A DNA stretch of 64,000 nucleotides from Bacteroidales bacterium (GTDB lineage: Bacteria > Bacteroidota > Bacteroidia > Bacteroidales > UBA7960): NCBI GenBank assembly GCA_003557385.1, contig PWON01000196.1, forward strand, positions 3,457 through 67,456, written 5' to 3'. Position numbers and translations under genes: made by a program. The notes beneath the pieces were generated by a model. It was not told where the DNA came from and made no database searches. It saw only the letters and a list, made by a program, of their open reading frames with translations. Positions 13,189-23,229 of this stretch are shown piece by piece. Each line of letters starts with the position of its first letter. Positions within the stretch are counted from its first letter, which is position 1.

Positions 13189-13488
13189 TTATAGGCCACG
13201 TAATTTTTGCTTGTATTTCTTTACCTGACGTTTCAATGCGTCGACCGAGTTGTCGACAGCTTCTTCGAACGTTTTGGCCTGCTTTTTTGCGAACAGATCA
13301 TTCCCGGGAATCACCACGCGGATTTCAGCAATCTTATTTTCATTGTTGGTGGCTGCATCCAGTTTTAAAGTCACATCACATCCGATTACACCGTCAAACA
13401 GATTGGCCAGCTTGGCGGTTTTCTCCCTGATAAAATCCTCCAACTTTACGTCTGCTTTGAAATGAATTGAACTGATCGTTACTTCCAT
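13189..13488 (-). CDS. hpf: Ribosome hibernation promoting factor (HPF/RaiA)
   Basis: 99 aa; ENKIAEI, PGNDLFAKK, TFEEAVD...LKRQVKKYK. Confidence 0.93.
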   Translation of the reverse strand: MEVTISSIHFKADVKLEDFIREKTAKLANLFDGVIGCDVTLKLDAATNNENKIAEIRVVIPGNDLFAKKQAKTFEEAVDNSVDALKRQVKKYKQKLRGL

Positions 13489-13508
13489 GATTGTTATTCC
13501 TCCTTTGT

Positions 13509-14399
13509 TTACGCCTTTGGGTGGGCTTGTTTATAAACTTGTTTGATCTTTTCGATGGTATTGTGTGTATACACCTGGGTGGCAGAAAGATTTGAATGCC
13601 CGAGCAATTCCTTGATGGCGTTCAGGTCGGCACCGTGATTCAGCATGTGGGTTGCAAATGAATGCCGTATGACGTGCGGACTTTTTTTTGACCTGGTGGT
13701 AACCTTCCCCAGGTAGTGGTTCACCCGCCGTTGCACAAAAACCGGATAAAGCTTTTCTCCTTTGTCGGTAACAAACACCCATTGTGCGGCGTCCTTGTCA
13801 AATTTTTTGGCTTTTTCCAGACAATAGGCCTGAAAGATGCCGGCAACCCGGCCAAGCATCGGAATGATGCGCTCTTTGTTTCCTTTGCCGGTGATCTTCA
13901 ATTGAAGGCCCTGTGTGTCCACATCCCCGTGCTTCATATTGATCAACTCCGATAAACGCATTCCTGTGGTGTAAAACATTTCCAGCATCAGCAAATCGCG
14001 CAGATCTTTAAAATCCTGGCCAAAAGCCGTCTGCTCAAACAAAGCGCTGATTTTATCTTCCTCAACAAAAACAGGTAAACGCCTGTCCTTTTTCAGGGAG
14101 TTGATCTTCAGCATGGGACTTGCTTCAATCACGCCCGATTTCTCGAGGTATTTATAATATGACCTGAGCGTGGAAGCCTTCCTGTTGAATGTGCTGCGTG
14201 CAACCCCCCGGCGGCTGAGCTCTGCCAGCCAGGAACGTATCATGGCCGGGCCGGCCTGATGGCCGTCCTGCATCCCGAAATGTACTTTCAAAAATAGTTC
14301 AAACTGATTCAGGTCGTTCTTGTAGGAAAGTACCGTATGCGAAGCATAACGCCTGACCTGGCTGATGTGTTCCAAAAACTTCTCCGAATATTGCCCCAT
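13509..14399 (-). CDS. xerC: Chromosomal tyrosine recombinase, XerC-like
   Basis: Catalytic motifs TGMRLSEL, GKGNKER, HVIRHSFATH, LLGH...TQVYTH; rpsU-xer-hpf synteny typical of Bacteroidota. Confidence 0.88.
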   Translation of the reverse strand: MGQYSEKFLEHISQVRRYASHTVLSYKNDLNQFELFLKVHFGMQDGHQAGPAMIRSWLAELSRRGVARSTFNRKASTLRSYYKYLEKSGVIEASPMLKINSLKKDRRLPVFVEEDKISALFEQTAFGQDFKDLRDLLMLEMFYTTGMRLSELINMKHGDVDTQGLQLKITGKGNKERIIPMLGRVAGIFQAYCLEKAKKFDKDAAQWVFVTDKGEKLYPVFVQRRVNHYLGKVTTRSKKSPHVIRHSFATHMLNHGADLNAIKELLGHSNLSATQVYTHNTIEKIKQVYKQAHPKA

Positions 14400-14504
14400 A
14401 TGGAAATGAAAAGAAGAAACCTTTGCCTTAAAGTTATGCTAAAAAAACAGCAACTGCAAAAATTTCTTCCAAAAAACGAATACGTTTGTTGTGTAAAAGC
14501 CTGT

Positions 14505-14699
14505 TTACCCTTCCTGCTTGTCTTTTAGTTGTTGGATATAAATGGCTTTTAGTTTCTCTTCGCGTTTTTTCACCGAAGGCTTGGTGAATTTCTGACGCTC
14601 TCTCAGTTCTCTGAGCACTCCGGTCTTCTCAAATTTCCGCTTCATTTTCTTCAATACCCTGTCGATATTTTCACCTTCTTTTATGGGAACAATGATCAT
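14505..14699 (-). CDS. rpsU: 30S ribosomal protein bS21
   Basis: GENIDRVLKKMKRKFEKTG...FTKPSVKKR. Confidence 0.96.
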   Translation of the reverse strand: MIIVPIKEGENIDRVLKKMKRKFEKTGVLRELRERQKFTKPSVKKREEKLKAIYIQQLKDKQEG

Positions 14700-14761
14700 G
14701 CCTGCCTCTTTCTTTTTGATTTTAAAATAAATGGTACAATTCCATGTGTAAAAAGCGGTGG

Positions 14762-14792
14762 CAAAATTACAAATAGTTTTTAAATAAACAAA
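14762..14792 (-). promoter_or_regulatory. Bacteroidota sigma-A promoter for rpsU
   Basis: TTTG (14792-14789), 19-nt spacer, TAATTTTG (14769-14762). Confidence 0.7.
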
Positions 14793-14804
14793 ATGTTTTT
14801 TTGG

Positions 14805-16997
14805 CTAATGCCCTATGCTGCGGTCCAGAAAATCGGTCATCAGGCGGTATAAATGAAGGCGTGCCTTACCGGAAAAAATCGCATGGCCATGGTCCGGGTA
14901 TATCATCAGCTCAAAATCCACCCCGGCATCAATCAGTGCATCTGCCATCGCCATGGTATTCTGATAATGGACGTTGTCATCGGCTGATCCGTGTACAAGC
15001 AAATACCGGCCCCGGATCTTATCCACATGGTTGATTGGTGAATTGTCATCATAACCATCGGGGTTTTCCTGCGGGGTGCGCATATAACGCTCCGTATAAA
15101 TGGTATCGTAAAAGCGCCAGCTGGTCACCGGGGCTATGGCAATGGCCGCACGAAAGTAGTCAGCGCCCCTGGCCAGACAAAGCGAAGACAAATATCCGCC
15201 ATAGCTCCAGCCGAAAATGGCGATCCGGCCTGCATCGACATAATCGAGCGAACCCAGGTACCTGGCCGCTTCTATCTGGTCAATGGTTTCATATTTCCCC
15301 AGCTGGAGGTAGGTCATCTTTCTGAACTCCTCTCCCCTGCCTCCGGTTCCCCGGTTATCGACCGTTACAACGAGATATCCTTTCCGGGCCAGTTTCTGGA
15401 ACCAGACCCCGTTGAATGTATTCCAGCTGTCAACTACCGCCTGGTGCCCGGGGCCACCATACACGTACATCAGCAAGGGGTACTCCTTGCCCGGATCAAA
15501 ATCGGGCGGCCGGATGATCTGAGCATTCAGGGATACCCCCTCGCCGGTGGTGAAACTGAAAAACTCCGGGGTGGTGAACCCTTGGGCATCCACCCGTTCT
15601 TTGAGCTCGCTGTTGTCTTCCAGCACCTCAACCAGGCTGCCATCACTGCGGTGTATGGTGTATACCGGCGGTTCAGATGCCCTCGAAAACCTGTTTATAA
15701 AATAATGAAACCCTTTACCAAAAGAGGGTGCATGCGTTCCGCTTCCCTTACTCAACCTGGTTTTTCCCCGGCCATCCAGTTGAATTGAATACAGGTGGTT
15801 GGTCAGGGGGGGCACTTCCCGGGCCAGGTAATAGACCAGGCCCCTTTCTTCGTCAACGCCCAAGAAGTTCTGCAGGTCAAACTCCCCGCCGGTGACCGGG
15901 GAAAGTTCCTTTGTCTGCATGTCAAATAAATACAAATGATTAAACCCGCTGCGTTCGCTTGAAATAATGAAATGACGTCCATTCTCAAGAAATGTCAGGT
16001 CATCTGTAATGTCTATAAACCAGGGGTTGGTTTCTTCGTAAATCACTTCCGTTTGCCCGCTTTCGGCATCGGCCAGCAAAATTTCAAGATGATTCTGAAG
16101 GCGATTCATGCGCTGGATAGAAAGCAGTTCCGGATCCCGTGTCCACTGCATTCGCGGAATGTATTGGTCTTTTTCTTCTCCAATGTCTGCGGCAATGGTC
16201 TGTCCGGTTTCCAGGTTATATATATGGAGGCTTACCACTGCATTTTCCTCGCCGGCTTTCGGATACTTAAAACGGTATTCTTCGGGGTACAGCTGCCCGT
16301 ATTTCATCATTACAAATTCTTTCACATGGCTCTCATCAAACCGCATATAAGCGATGCGCCGCCCGTCGGGCGACCATTCAAAGCCTTTGGTCAGGTAAAA
16401 CTCCTCTTCATAAACCCAGTCGGTGGTTCCATTGATGATATGGTTATAACGACCGTCTGTGGTTACCGCATACTCCTTTCCCGAGTCCAGCTCCTTGACA
16501 TACAAGTTGTTTTGCCTCACAAAAGCGACCTTGCTGCCGTCAGGTGAAAAATCCGGAAGCCGTTGGGTGGTTCCCGCCGACAGGGCTTGCAAAACCCGCG
16601 CATCCCTGTCCCACACGTAATATTCGGCGCGACGAGAACGGCGGTAAATTGATTCCTGGCGGACCCCAATCAGGAGCATGCTTTCTTCAGGACAGAACAC
16701 GTAGGCATCGATTCTGAGGGGGTTGTCCTGGTCATCCGTCAGCAACCCATCGGTGGTGAAAACCGTTTCGACATATTCGCCGGTGTCATACCGGTGAATA
16801 TCGATGCTGGTGTGGTCGCTGATCAGGGTATAATGCTGACCATCCTGCATCGACAGGCCCCTGGTGATGGTTTTGGGCGTAAAATACCCGTCAAGCCAGA
16901 GTTTTTCAAGGGTGATCCGCTCTGTTTGCGCAAATACACCGGGTACAATCAGGCAAGAAACCAACAAAAACAGAATGGAGTGTCGTAATTTTTGCAT
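14805..16997 (-). CDS. Dipeptidyl peptidase IV (S9B family), exported
   Basis: Signal peptide; DWVYEEE, YPKAG, nucleophile motif GWSYGG, DDNVH, C-terminal His. Confidence 0.93.
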   Translation of the reverse strand: MQKLRHSILFLLVSCLIVPGVFAQTERITLEKLWLDGYFTPKTITRGLSMQDGQHYTLISDHTSIDIHRYDTGEYVETVFTTDGLLTDDQDNPLRIDAYVFCPEESMLLIGVRQESIYRRSRRAEYYVWDRDARVLQALSAGTTQRLPDFSPDGSKVAFVRQNNLYVKELDSGKEYAVTTDGRYNHIINGTTDWVYEEEFYLTKGFEWSPDGRRIAYMRFDESHVKEFVMMKYGQLYPEEYRFKYPKAGEENAVVSLHIYNLETGQTIAADIGEEKDQYIPRMQWTRDPELLSIQRMNRLQNHLEILLADAESGQTEVIYEETNPWFIDITDDLTFLENGRHFIISSERSGFNHLYLFDMQTKELSPVTGGEFDLQNFLGVDEERGLVYYLAREVPPLTNHLYSIQLDGRGKTRLSKGSGTHAPSFGKGFHYFINRFSRASEPPVYTIHRSDGSLVEVLEDNSELKERVDAQGFTTPEFFSFTTGEGVSLNAQIIRPPDFDPGKEYPLLMYVYGGPGHQAVVDSWNTFNGVWFQKLARKGYLVVTVDNRGTGGRGEEFRKMTYLQLGKYETIDQIEAARYLGSLDYVDAGRIAIFGWSYGGYLSSLCLARGADYFRAAIAIAPVTSWRFYDTIYTERYMRTPQENPDGYDDNSPINHVDKIRGRYLLVHGSADDNVHYQNTMAMADALIDAGVDFELMIYPDHGHAIFSGKARLHLYRLMTDFLDRSIGH

Positions 16998-17130
16998 CTA
17001 TGGAAGTGTTTTTATGAAAAGAATGATTTTTGCGGGCTAATTTCGACAATATTTTTGAGTTTGTCAAAAATCCCTAATTTAGCATACCGGGGTTATTGCG
17101 AAACGATCACATGGCTTATCCATCAAAATA

Positions 17131-17877
17131 ATGAAACATATTCCGAATCTTGTTACCATGCTGAACCTGTTTCTGGGTTGTGCCGCCGTGGTGCTGATCT
17201 TTGAATACCATCCGGCCGCGGCATCCATATTGATCGGAATTTGTGCCATGCTGGACTTTCTTGACGGGAGCCTTGCCAGATGGCTCAATGCAGGGTCTGC
17301 CCTGGGCAGGCAGCTCGATTCTCTTGCCGACCTGATCAGCTTTGGTCTGGCACCGGCAACCATCATGTATCATTTCATGAAACATTCTCTCACCGTCACC
17401 GGCCCGGAAAGTGGTTTTACAATCTGGCCGCTGGCTGCATTCCTGATCGCAGTCTTTTCTGCATTGCGCCTTGCCATTTTCAACACAGACGACAAACAGG
17501 AAACTTCTTTCAGGGGGCTGCCAACCCCTGCCAATGCCCTGTTGATAGCCTCCCTGCCATTTGTGCTGGCTTTCGCCACAACCGGCAGTACAATCCACCA
17601 CACCATTGCCCACCTGACCGGCAGTTTCACGGTCAACCTGGCCATAACCCTTGCATTGTCTTTTTTGCTTATCAGCCCGGTACGGATGTTTTCACTCAAG
17701 GTACAATCATTGCGCTGGAAAGAAAACCGCATCCGTTATATCTTTCTGGCCGGATGCCTGATCATGCTCATTCGATTTGGCCTGGCCGCCATGCCTTTGT
17801 TTCTTATATTTTACATACTTTTGTCGCTCACAGATCATATTATATTTGCCGCAAAACACAGTCCTGATGGATCATGA
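17131..17877 (+). CDS. pssA: CDP-diacylglycerol--serine O-phosphatidyltransferase
   Basis: DFLDGSLAR...LGRQLDSLADLISFG, RLAIFN, FRGLPTP; multiple TM helices. Confidence 0.88.
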   Translation: MKHIPNLVTMLNLFLGCAAVVLIFEYHPAAASILIGICAMLDFLDGSLARWLNAGSALGRQLDSLADLISFGLAPATIMYHFMKHSLTVTGPESGFTIWPLAAFLIAVFSALRLAIFNTDDKQETSFRGLPTPANALLIASLPFVLAFATTGSTIHHTIAHLTGSFTVNLAITLALSFLLISPVRMFSLKVQSLRWKENRIRYIFLAGCLIMLIRFGLAAMPLFLIFYILLSLTDHIIFAAKHSPDGS

Positions 17878-17918
17878 CCCGATGCCGGCAACCCAATGAA
17901 GCAACAAATTGATACCAC

Positions 17919-18170
17919 ATGAAATACCGTGCCGAAATCAACATAATGCCTTTAAAAGCACTGTTAGACCCGCAGGGGAAGGCCATAACGGCCAGCATGA
18001 AAAACCTGAACCTGCCCGAAATCACGAATGTGCGTTTGGGCAAGCATATAACCCTGGAAGTGGAAGCAGCCGATACAGCCGCTGCCCGGCAAAAAGTAGA
18101 AACCGCCTGCAAGAAATTGCTGGCCAACCCCATTATGGAGTATTACGAGTTTGAGATTTTTGACCTGTAA
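17919..18170 (+). CDS. purS: Phosphoribosylformylglycinamidine synthase subunit PurS
   Basis: LLDPQGKA, VRLGK, LLANPIMEYY. Confidence 0.93.
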   Translation: MKYRAEINIMPLKALLDPQGKAITASMKNLNLPEITNVRLGKHITLEVEAADTAAARQKVETACKKLLANPIMEYYEFEIFDL

Positions 18171-18172
18171 CC

Positions 18173-18535
18173 ATGTCAGAACCTTACCGCAAGGGCAAAA
18201 AAGGGGAGGCCATTGCCGCCAGATACCTGGAACAATGTGGCCATGCAATTCTTGAAACCAATTGGCGTTCGAACCACCAGGAACTTGATATTGTTGCGCG
18301 TAAAGACGACCTGCTGCTCATTGTAGAAGTGAAAACACGCAGCAGCAGCCGGCACGGCGAACCCGAACTTTCAGTCAACAAGACCAAACAGCGCATGCTT
18401 GTCAAGGCCGCCAATCATTATCTGGCCATGCACAAACTGGACCTGGAGGTCCGCTTCGACATCATATCGATTCTGCTCGAAGACCCTACACCACGTATCA
18501 ACCACATCAAAAACGCCTTCTACCCCACGCTCTGA
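18173..18535 (+). CDS. yraN: YraN (UPF0102) family PD-(D/E)XK nuclease-like protein
   Basis: GKKGEAIA, ETNWR, ELDIVA, VEVKTR, RFDII. Confidence 0.9.
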   Translation: MSEPYRKGKKGEAIAARYLEQCGHAILETNWRSNHQELDIVARKDDLLLIVEVKTRSSSRHGEPELSVNKTKQRMLVKAANHYLAMHKLDLEVRFDIISILLEDPTPRINHIKNAFYPTL

Positions 18536-18542
18536 ATACTTG

Positions 18543-21500
18543 CTAATTCGCGCGGTTACGGTCCGGATACGGAGGGATAGGATGGATCTTCTGGTCGTAC
18601 TCTTCCATTTGTTTAAGTGCTTCCTCTATGGCCCGGTTGAGTTGTTCATCTATGCCCTCAAACTCCAGGGCCGGATCATTCTCTACATATATATCCGGTT
18701 CCACCCCAATTCCTTCGATGATCCAGTCCTCACCACGTATGTCATAGGGCGCAAACTCCGGTTTGGACAATGTGCCCCCATCGATAAACGGAAGGGATCC
18801 CCGGATACCCACCACACCACCCCATGAGGTGGTACCGATCAGTGGGCCGAGCCCCAGCTTTTTAAACTGGTAAGGAAAGAGGTCGCCATCAGATGCAGAA
18901 TATTTGTCAATCAGGCAAATTTTCGGGCCAAGATGAATTTGTCCCGGCCTGGTGCCCGGTGCGGTATTTCGCGACATCGACAGTCCGGTTAGCTCCCGTG
19001 ATAACCGTTCAATAAGCATGGGCGATACGTTGCCGCCTCCATTGCCACGTACATCAATGATCAGTGCCTCTTTGCGCAACTGCGGATAAAAATGCTTGAC
19101 AAACTCATTCAGTCCGCCCGGCCCCATGTCGGGAATATGAATATAACCCACGCGTCCATCGGTAGCATCATTCACCTTGCGGATATTGTCCTGGACCCAA
19201 TTATAATAATACAGGCCTGACTCATCAGCAATGGGAATGACGATCACATCGCGCGCCCCGGCTGAAACCGGCCTGCTGTTTACGGTCAGTTCCACCTGCT
19301 GGCCGGCGGTACCTGTCAGAGAGGCATATATATTGTCCATATCCCGGGTGGATTGACCATTTATGGCAATGATGTAATCTCCCTGGCTGACATCCACACC
19401 CAGTTCCGTGAGCGGCGAACGGCGCGCCCTGTTCCAGTTTTCACCCTGCAGGATCCTGTCAATGCGGTAAAAACCAGATTCATGATGGCTGATCTCAGCG
19501 CCTAGCAAACCCATGGGGATCCGTTCCACTTCAGGCACATCCCCACCACCCACGTAGGCATGACCAACATTGAGTTCTCCAACAAGTTCTCCAAGTATGT
19601 ACGTAAGATCCAGGCGGTTATTCACATGCCGAAGCAAAGGATAGTATTTTTCCCGCATGGCTGTCCAGTCCACACCATGCATGTTGGGTGCGTAAAAGAA
19701 ATCGCGCATTTGGCGCCAGGTCTCATGGTATATCTGCTCCCATTCTTCCCTGAGGTTGACCCAAACTTTCATATTTGACACATCTACGAAATCATTTACC
19801 GAAAATGAAGCACGCGGCAAGTCAATGACCGCATAACGGCCCCGCTGGGCCACCAACATTTTTTTTCCGTCGGCGCTTATCTGGTATCCATTGATTTCAG
19901 CCAGGCTGGTTTCGCGGCGGTTTTCCATATTATACATCATCAGGCTTGAGCGACTGTCGCCAAAGGACCGTTTCATATAATACATGTTGTTCCCTGCGGT
20001 ATGGATGTTCCAATAAGTGGATACGTCAATGGGCAGGGCGGCTATCCGGTGCTTGATGTTTTCCCGGTCGATGGCGATATGCTTTGCAGCATCATCGTTT
20101 TGGCCGGAATTTCCGCGCTCATCGCCATTGTCTTCATTGTCAATTTTGACCTCATCATTTTGCGGCTCTAAAAAAGAGGGTATATCCTTCCTGAGCGTAA
20201 CAAAATACACACGGCTCATATCCGTGTAAGCGTGATTCCATTCGGTACGGCTGTAAATGGGATTAAAATCGCGATTGGAAGCAAAGAAAAGGTATTTGCC
20301 TTTTTCGCAGAAATTCGGAGACGAAGATGCGTACCATCCGCTGGTCACCGGAAAACCTTCCAGTTCATCCAGGCCATAAATAAAAATTCTTGAGTAGTGT
20401 TCTGTTTCGGGCCGGGTGTAGGTTATCCAGCGGCTGTCGGGCGACCAGTTGTACTGGGTGATTTCCCCGGCCTCGGCCTGGTCCACGATGGTCACCTCCC
20501 TGGTTTCAATATCGACAAACTGAAGCCGCAACATTTTGTCAGACCACATGATCTTTTGGGCATCCGGCGACCAGCTCAAACTGTATTTATAGGTATCGGC
20601 CCCTGTGGTGACCTGAATCGCTTCGCTGCGTCCGTCCTGCGGGATGATGTATATTTCATCCTCACCGGTGGCATCGGATATGTATGCAATATACCGGCCA
20701 TCGGGTGACCAGGTTGCATTGCGCTCATGAATTCCGGAGGAGGCAGTCAGGTTGCGCGTAATGCCGCTTTTTGCCGGCACACTCCAAACATCGCCCCTGG
20801 CGCCAAAGGCAATGCGGTTCCCGTCAGGAGCCAGGGAAGCAGTCCTGATCATGTCGGATGCATCCTTCCGTTGTTCCCGTCCCATGGCAAGGTCTTCCGC
20901 AATAAAAACAGAAATCTTTTGTACCGCCTCACTTTCCAGGTCAAACAGGTACAGATGACCTCCGTTTTCAAATATTATTTCATCAACGCCCAGGGAAGGG
21001 AATTTAATGTCGAATCGTTCAAAGTGGGTGAGCTTGCGGGTTTGCCCGGTAGCCATATTATAGACAAACAGGTTCATACGGCCGTCGCGGTCCGAAACGA
21101 AATAGACATTGTCATCCACCCACATCGGAAAGATATCCTGCGATTCGCTGTTTGTAAGATTTATGGTTGTCCGCTCCATCAGATCATGCAACCACACATC
21201 GTCAATCATGCCACCTGCATAATATTTCCAGGTCCGGAATTCACGAAACACACGGTTGTAGACAAACCGCTGGCCATCCTCCGAGAAACTGATCCATCCA
21301 CCTTCCGGTACGGGAATTTGTTCGGGCAACCCCCCATGGATACTGACTGTATACAAAGACCCCTTGAATGCGTTAAAAGACCGCTTGCGCGAACGGAACA
21401 CAATGTTCTCTGCATCTTTCCACCCCATGACAATATTATTGGGGCCCATGCGGTCTGAAAGGTCGTCGCGACCCAGTGTGGCTGTATAGGTTAATCGTTC

Positions 21501-21800
21501 AGGTGCCCCGCCTTGTGCGGGCATCAGATATACTTCGGTATTGCCGTCGTACTGGGCGGTAAAGGCAATATGCCTGCCATCCGGACTGAACCGGGCAAAC
21601 ATTTTGTATCCCGGGTGGTTGGTCAGCTTGCGGGCAATACCTCCGGCACGGGTTACCGTATAAAGGTCACCGGCATAGGAAAACACCACCTGGTCTTCAT
21701 GTACGGCAGGAAAGCGAAGCAACCTGGCCTCTTCCGCATTCAAATACACATGCATGGCCGGCAGCAGGAAAAGCAAAAACAAGACAAATGATTTTTTCAT
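18543..21800 (-). CDS. Tricorn protease-like S41 peptidase, exported
   Basis: 1085 aa; signal peptide, PD40/beta-propeller repeats (FSPDG, WSPD), PDZ region, DVRGNGGG, SASDGD. Confidence 0.93.
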   Translation of the reverse strand: MKKSFVLFLLFLLPAMHVYLNAEEARLLRFPAVHEDQVVFSYAGDLYTVTRAGGIARKLTNHPGYKMFARFSPDGRHIAFTAQYDGNTEVYLMPAQGGAPERLTYTATLGRDDLSDRMGPNNIVMGWKDAENIVFRSRKRSFNAFKGSLYTVSIHGGLPEQIPVPEGGWISFSEDGQRFVYNRVFREFRTWKYYAGGMIDDVWLHDLMERTTINLTNSESQDIFPMWVDDNVYFVSDRDGRMNLFVYNMATGQTRKLTHFERFDIKFPSLGVDEIIFENGGHLYLFDLESEAVQKISVFIAEDLAMGREQRKDASDMIRTASLAPDGNRIAFGARGDVWSVPAKSGITRNLTASSGIHERNATWSPDGRYIAYISDATGEDEIYIIPQDGRSEAIQVTTGADTYKYSLSWSPDAQKIMWSDKMLRLQFVDIETREVTIVDQAEAGEITQYNWSPDSRWITYTRPETEHYSRIFIYGLDELEGFPVTSGWYASSSPNFCEKGKYLFFASNRDFNPIYSRTEWNHAYTDMSRVYFVTLRKDIPSFLEPQNDEVKIDNEDNGDERGNSGQNDDAAKHIAIDRENIKHRIAALPIDVSTYWNIHTAGNNMYYMKRSFGDSRSSLMMYNMENRRETSLAEINGYQISADGKKMLVAQRGRYAVIDLPRASFSVNDFVDVSNMKVWVNLREEWEQIYHETWRQMRDFFYAPNMHGVDWTAMREKYYPLLRHVNNRLDLTYILGELVGELNVGHAYVGGGDVPEVERIPMGLLGAEISHHESGFYRIDRILQGENWNRARRSPLTELGVDVSQGDYIIAINGQSTRDMDNIYASLTGTAGQQVELTVNSRPVSAGARDVIVIPIADESGLYYYNWVQDNIRKVNDATDGRVGYIHIPDMGPGGLNEFVKHFYPQLRKEALIIDVRGNGGGNVSPMLIERLSRELTGLSMSRNTAPGTRPGQIHLGPKICLIDKYSASDGDLFPYQFKKLGLGPLIGTTSWGGVVGIRGSLPFIDGGTLSKPEFAPYDIRGEDWIIEGIGVEPDIYVENDPALEFEGIDEQLNRAIEEALKQMEEYDQKIHPIPPYPDRNRAN

Positions 21801-21954
21801 GATAGGGCATTATTTTGTGGGACATTAATTTGGCTTTGTCAACAAAAATAATGGATTATATAATTCGCCAAAAAAAATTAAGCAGATTAAACAATATGAA
21901 TCATAGAAGCGTTAGCTGATTAACATCATGTATAAATCCAAAAATTACAATACT

Positions 21955-22650
21955 ATGGAAGAAAACAAATCAAAACCGGAAGAAGTAGTAAGATTGCCAT
22001 TGATTGGAGATCCAGCACCCGGTTTTCATGCCAAAACCACCATGGGACCCCTGAATTTCCCCGAAGACTATAAGGGCAAATGGGTTATATTGTTTAGCCA
22101 TCCGGCCGACTTCACCCCTGTGTGTACCACGGAGTTCATGACCTTTGCCACCATGCAGGAAGAATTCCGCAAGCTCAACACCGAACTCATCGGATTGTCG
22201 ATCGACAGCATTTACGCACACATTGCCTGGCTGCGCACGATAAAGGAAAAGATCGAATTTAACGGCATGAAGAATGTGGAGGTTAACTTCCCGGTCATCG
22301 AAGATTTGAAAATGGATGTTTCCAGGAAGTTTGGCATGGTTCAACCCAACGCTTCCACCACACAGGCCGTTCGGGCGGTATTCATCATGGACCCGGATTC
22401 CAAAGTACGGGCCATCCTCTATTATCCTTTGAGCACCGGCCGCAACATGGATGAGATCAAGCGCATGATCATCGCCATGCAAAAAGCCGACAAGGAACAA
22501 ATAGCCACACCTGCAAACTGGCAACCCGGTGATGACGTAATCATCCCTCCTCCCGGATCTTGCGGCGTGGCAAAAGACAGGGTGGAAAGCCAGGAAGATG
22601 ACAAATACTGTCTTGACTGGTTTATGTGTTTCAAAAAAGAGAAGAAGTAG
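21955..22650 (+). CDS. Peroxiredoxin (Prx6 type)
   Basis: SHPADFTPVCTTE, YYPLSTGRN, TPANW; start may instead be 21928. Confidence 0.93.
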   Translation: MEENKSKPEEVVRLPLIGDPAPGFHAKTTMGPLNFPEDYKGKWVILFSHPADFTPVCTTEFMTFATMQEEFRKLNTELIGLSIDSIYAHIAWLRTIKEKIEFNGMKNVEVNFPVIEDLKMDVSRKFGMVQPNASTTQAVRAVFIMDPDSKVRAILYYPLSTGRNMDEIKRMIIAMQKADKEQIATPANWQPGDDVIIPPPGSCGVAKDRVESQEDDKYCLDWFMCFKKEKK

Positions 22651-22672
22651 CAAGCTTCTTTGACAAAAATCC

Positions 22673-22710
22673 AAAGAAGGCTGCCCGTGAAAACAGGCAG
22701 CCTTCTTTAT
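22673..22710 (+). terminator. Intrinsic terminator after the peroxiredoxin gene
   Basis: 13-bp inverted repeat AAAGAAGGCTGCC / GGCAGCCTTCTTT. Confidence 0.75.
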
Positions 22711-22794
22711 ACAATGGCCACTACACAAGATTTGTCATGCCGGCAGCCCGGAATGGGCGAGGATGGTATTTTTTTTAACAACGGGTTCAAATTA

Positions 22795-22825
22795 TTTGCA
22801 AATTATAAATAATGATTTATATTTG
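22795..22825 (+). promoter_or_regulatory. Bacteroidota sigma-A promoter for the Bor-like gene
   Basis: TTTG (22795-22798), 19-nt spacer, TATATTTG (22818-22825). Confidence 0.75.
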
Positions 22826-22869
22826 CTACACATATAAAACCAATACTAACCTAAACAACCATTGTCATT

Positions 22870-23160
22870 ATGAAAAAAATGAGGAACATCATTCTTGCCA
22901 TTGGCTTAGCCATTGTGATGACTTCTTGTTACACCTACACCTTTAACGTGGGCGATGGCCCGCAGACAGGTGTTGTTCTGACCGAACGGAATCACTATGT
23001 ACTTTACGGGCTGGCTGCAATTTCAATTTCCAACCCTGCGGAAATGGCCGGGGGCGCAGAACATTATTCTGTAACCATTGAGCATACCATTATGGATGGC
23101 ATATTGAATGCCCTCACAGGTGGGCTCTACACCCCCACAACCACCACGGTCAGAAGGTAA
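22870..23160 (+). CDS. Bor/Iss-like small lipoprotein
   Basis: Lipobox MTSC; NHYVLYGL and LTGGLYTPTT resemble the Bor family; has its own promoter and terminator. Confidence 0.7.
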   Translation: MKKMRNIILAIGLAIVMTSCYTYTFNVGDGPQTGVVLTERNHYVLYGLAAISISNPAEMAGGAEHYSVTIEHTIMDGILNALTGGLYTPTTTTVRR

Positions 23161-23182
23161 AGAAATATTTCAATATGTACAG

Positions 23183-23218
23183 GACAGGGATCATTTTCTG
23201 ATGCATCCCTGTCTTTTT
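23183..23218 (+). terminator. Intrinsic terminator
   Basis: Stem GACAGGGAT / ATCCCTGTC followed by TTTTT. Confidence 0.7.
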
Positions 23219-23229
23219 ATTGACCGGCA

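Noticed and set aside
13013-14399. Tyrosine recombinase near a tRNA cluster as a prophage or island integrase
   Set aside because: It has XerC size and motifs, sits in the conserved rpsU-xer-hpf order, and I saw no att duplication or cargo genes.
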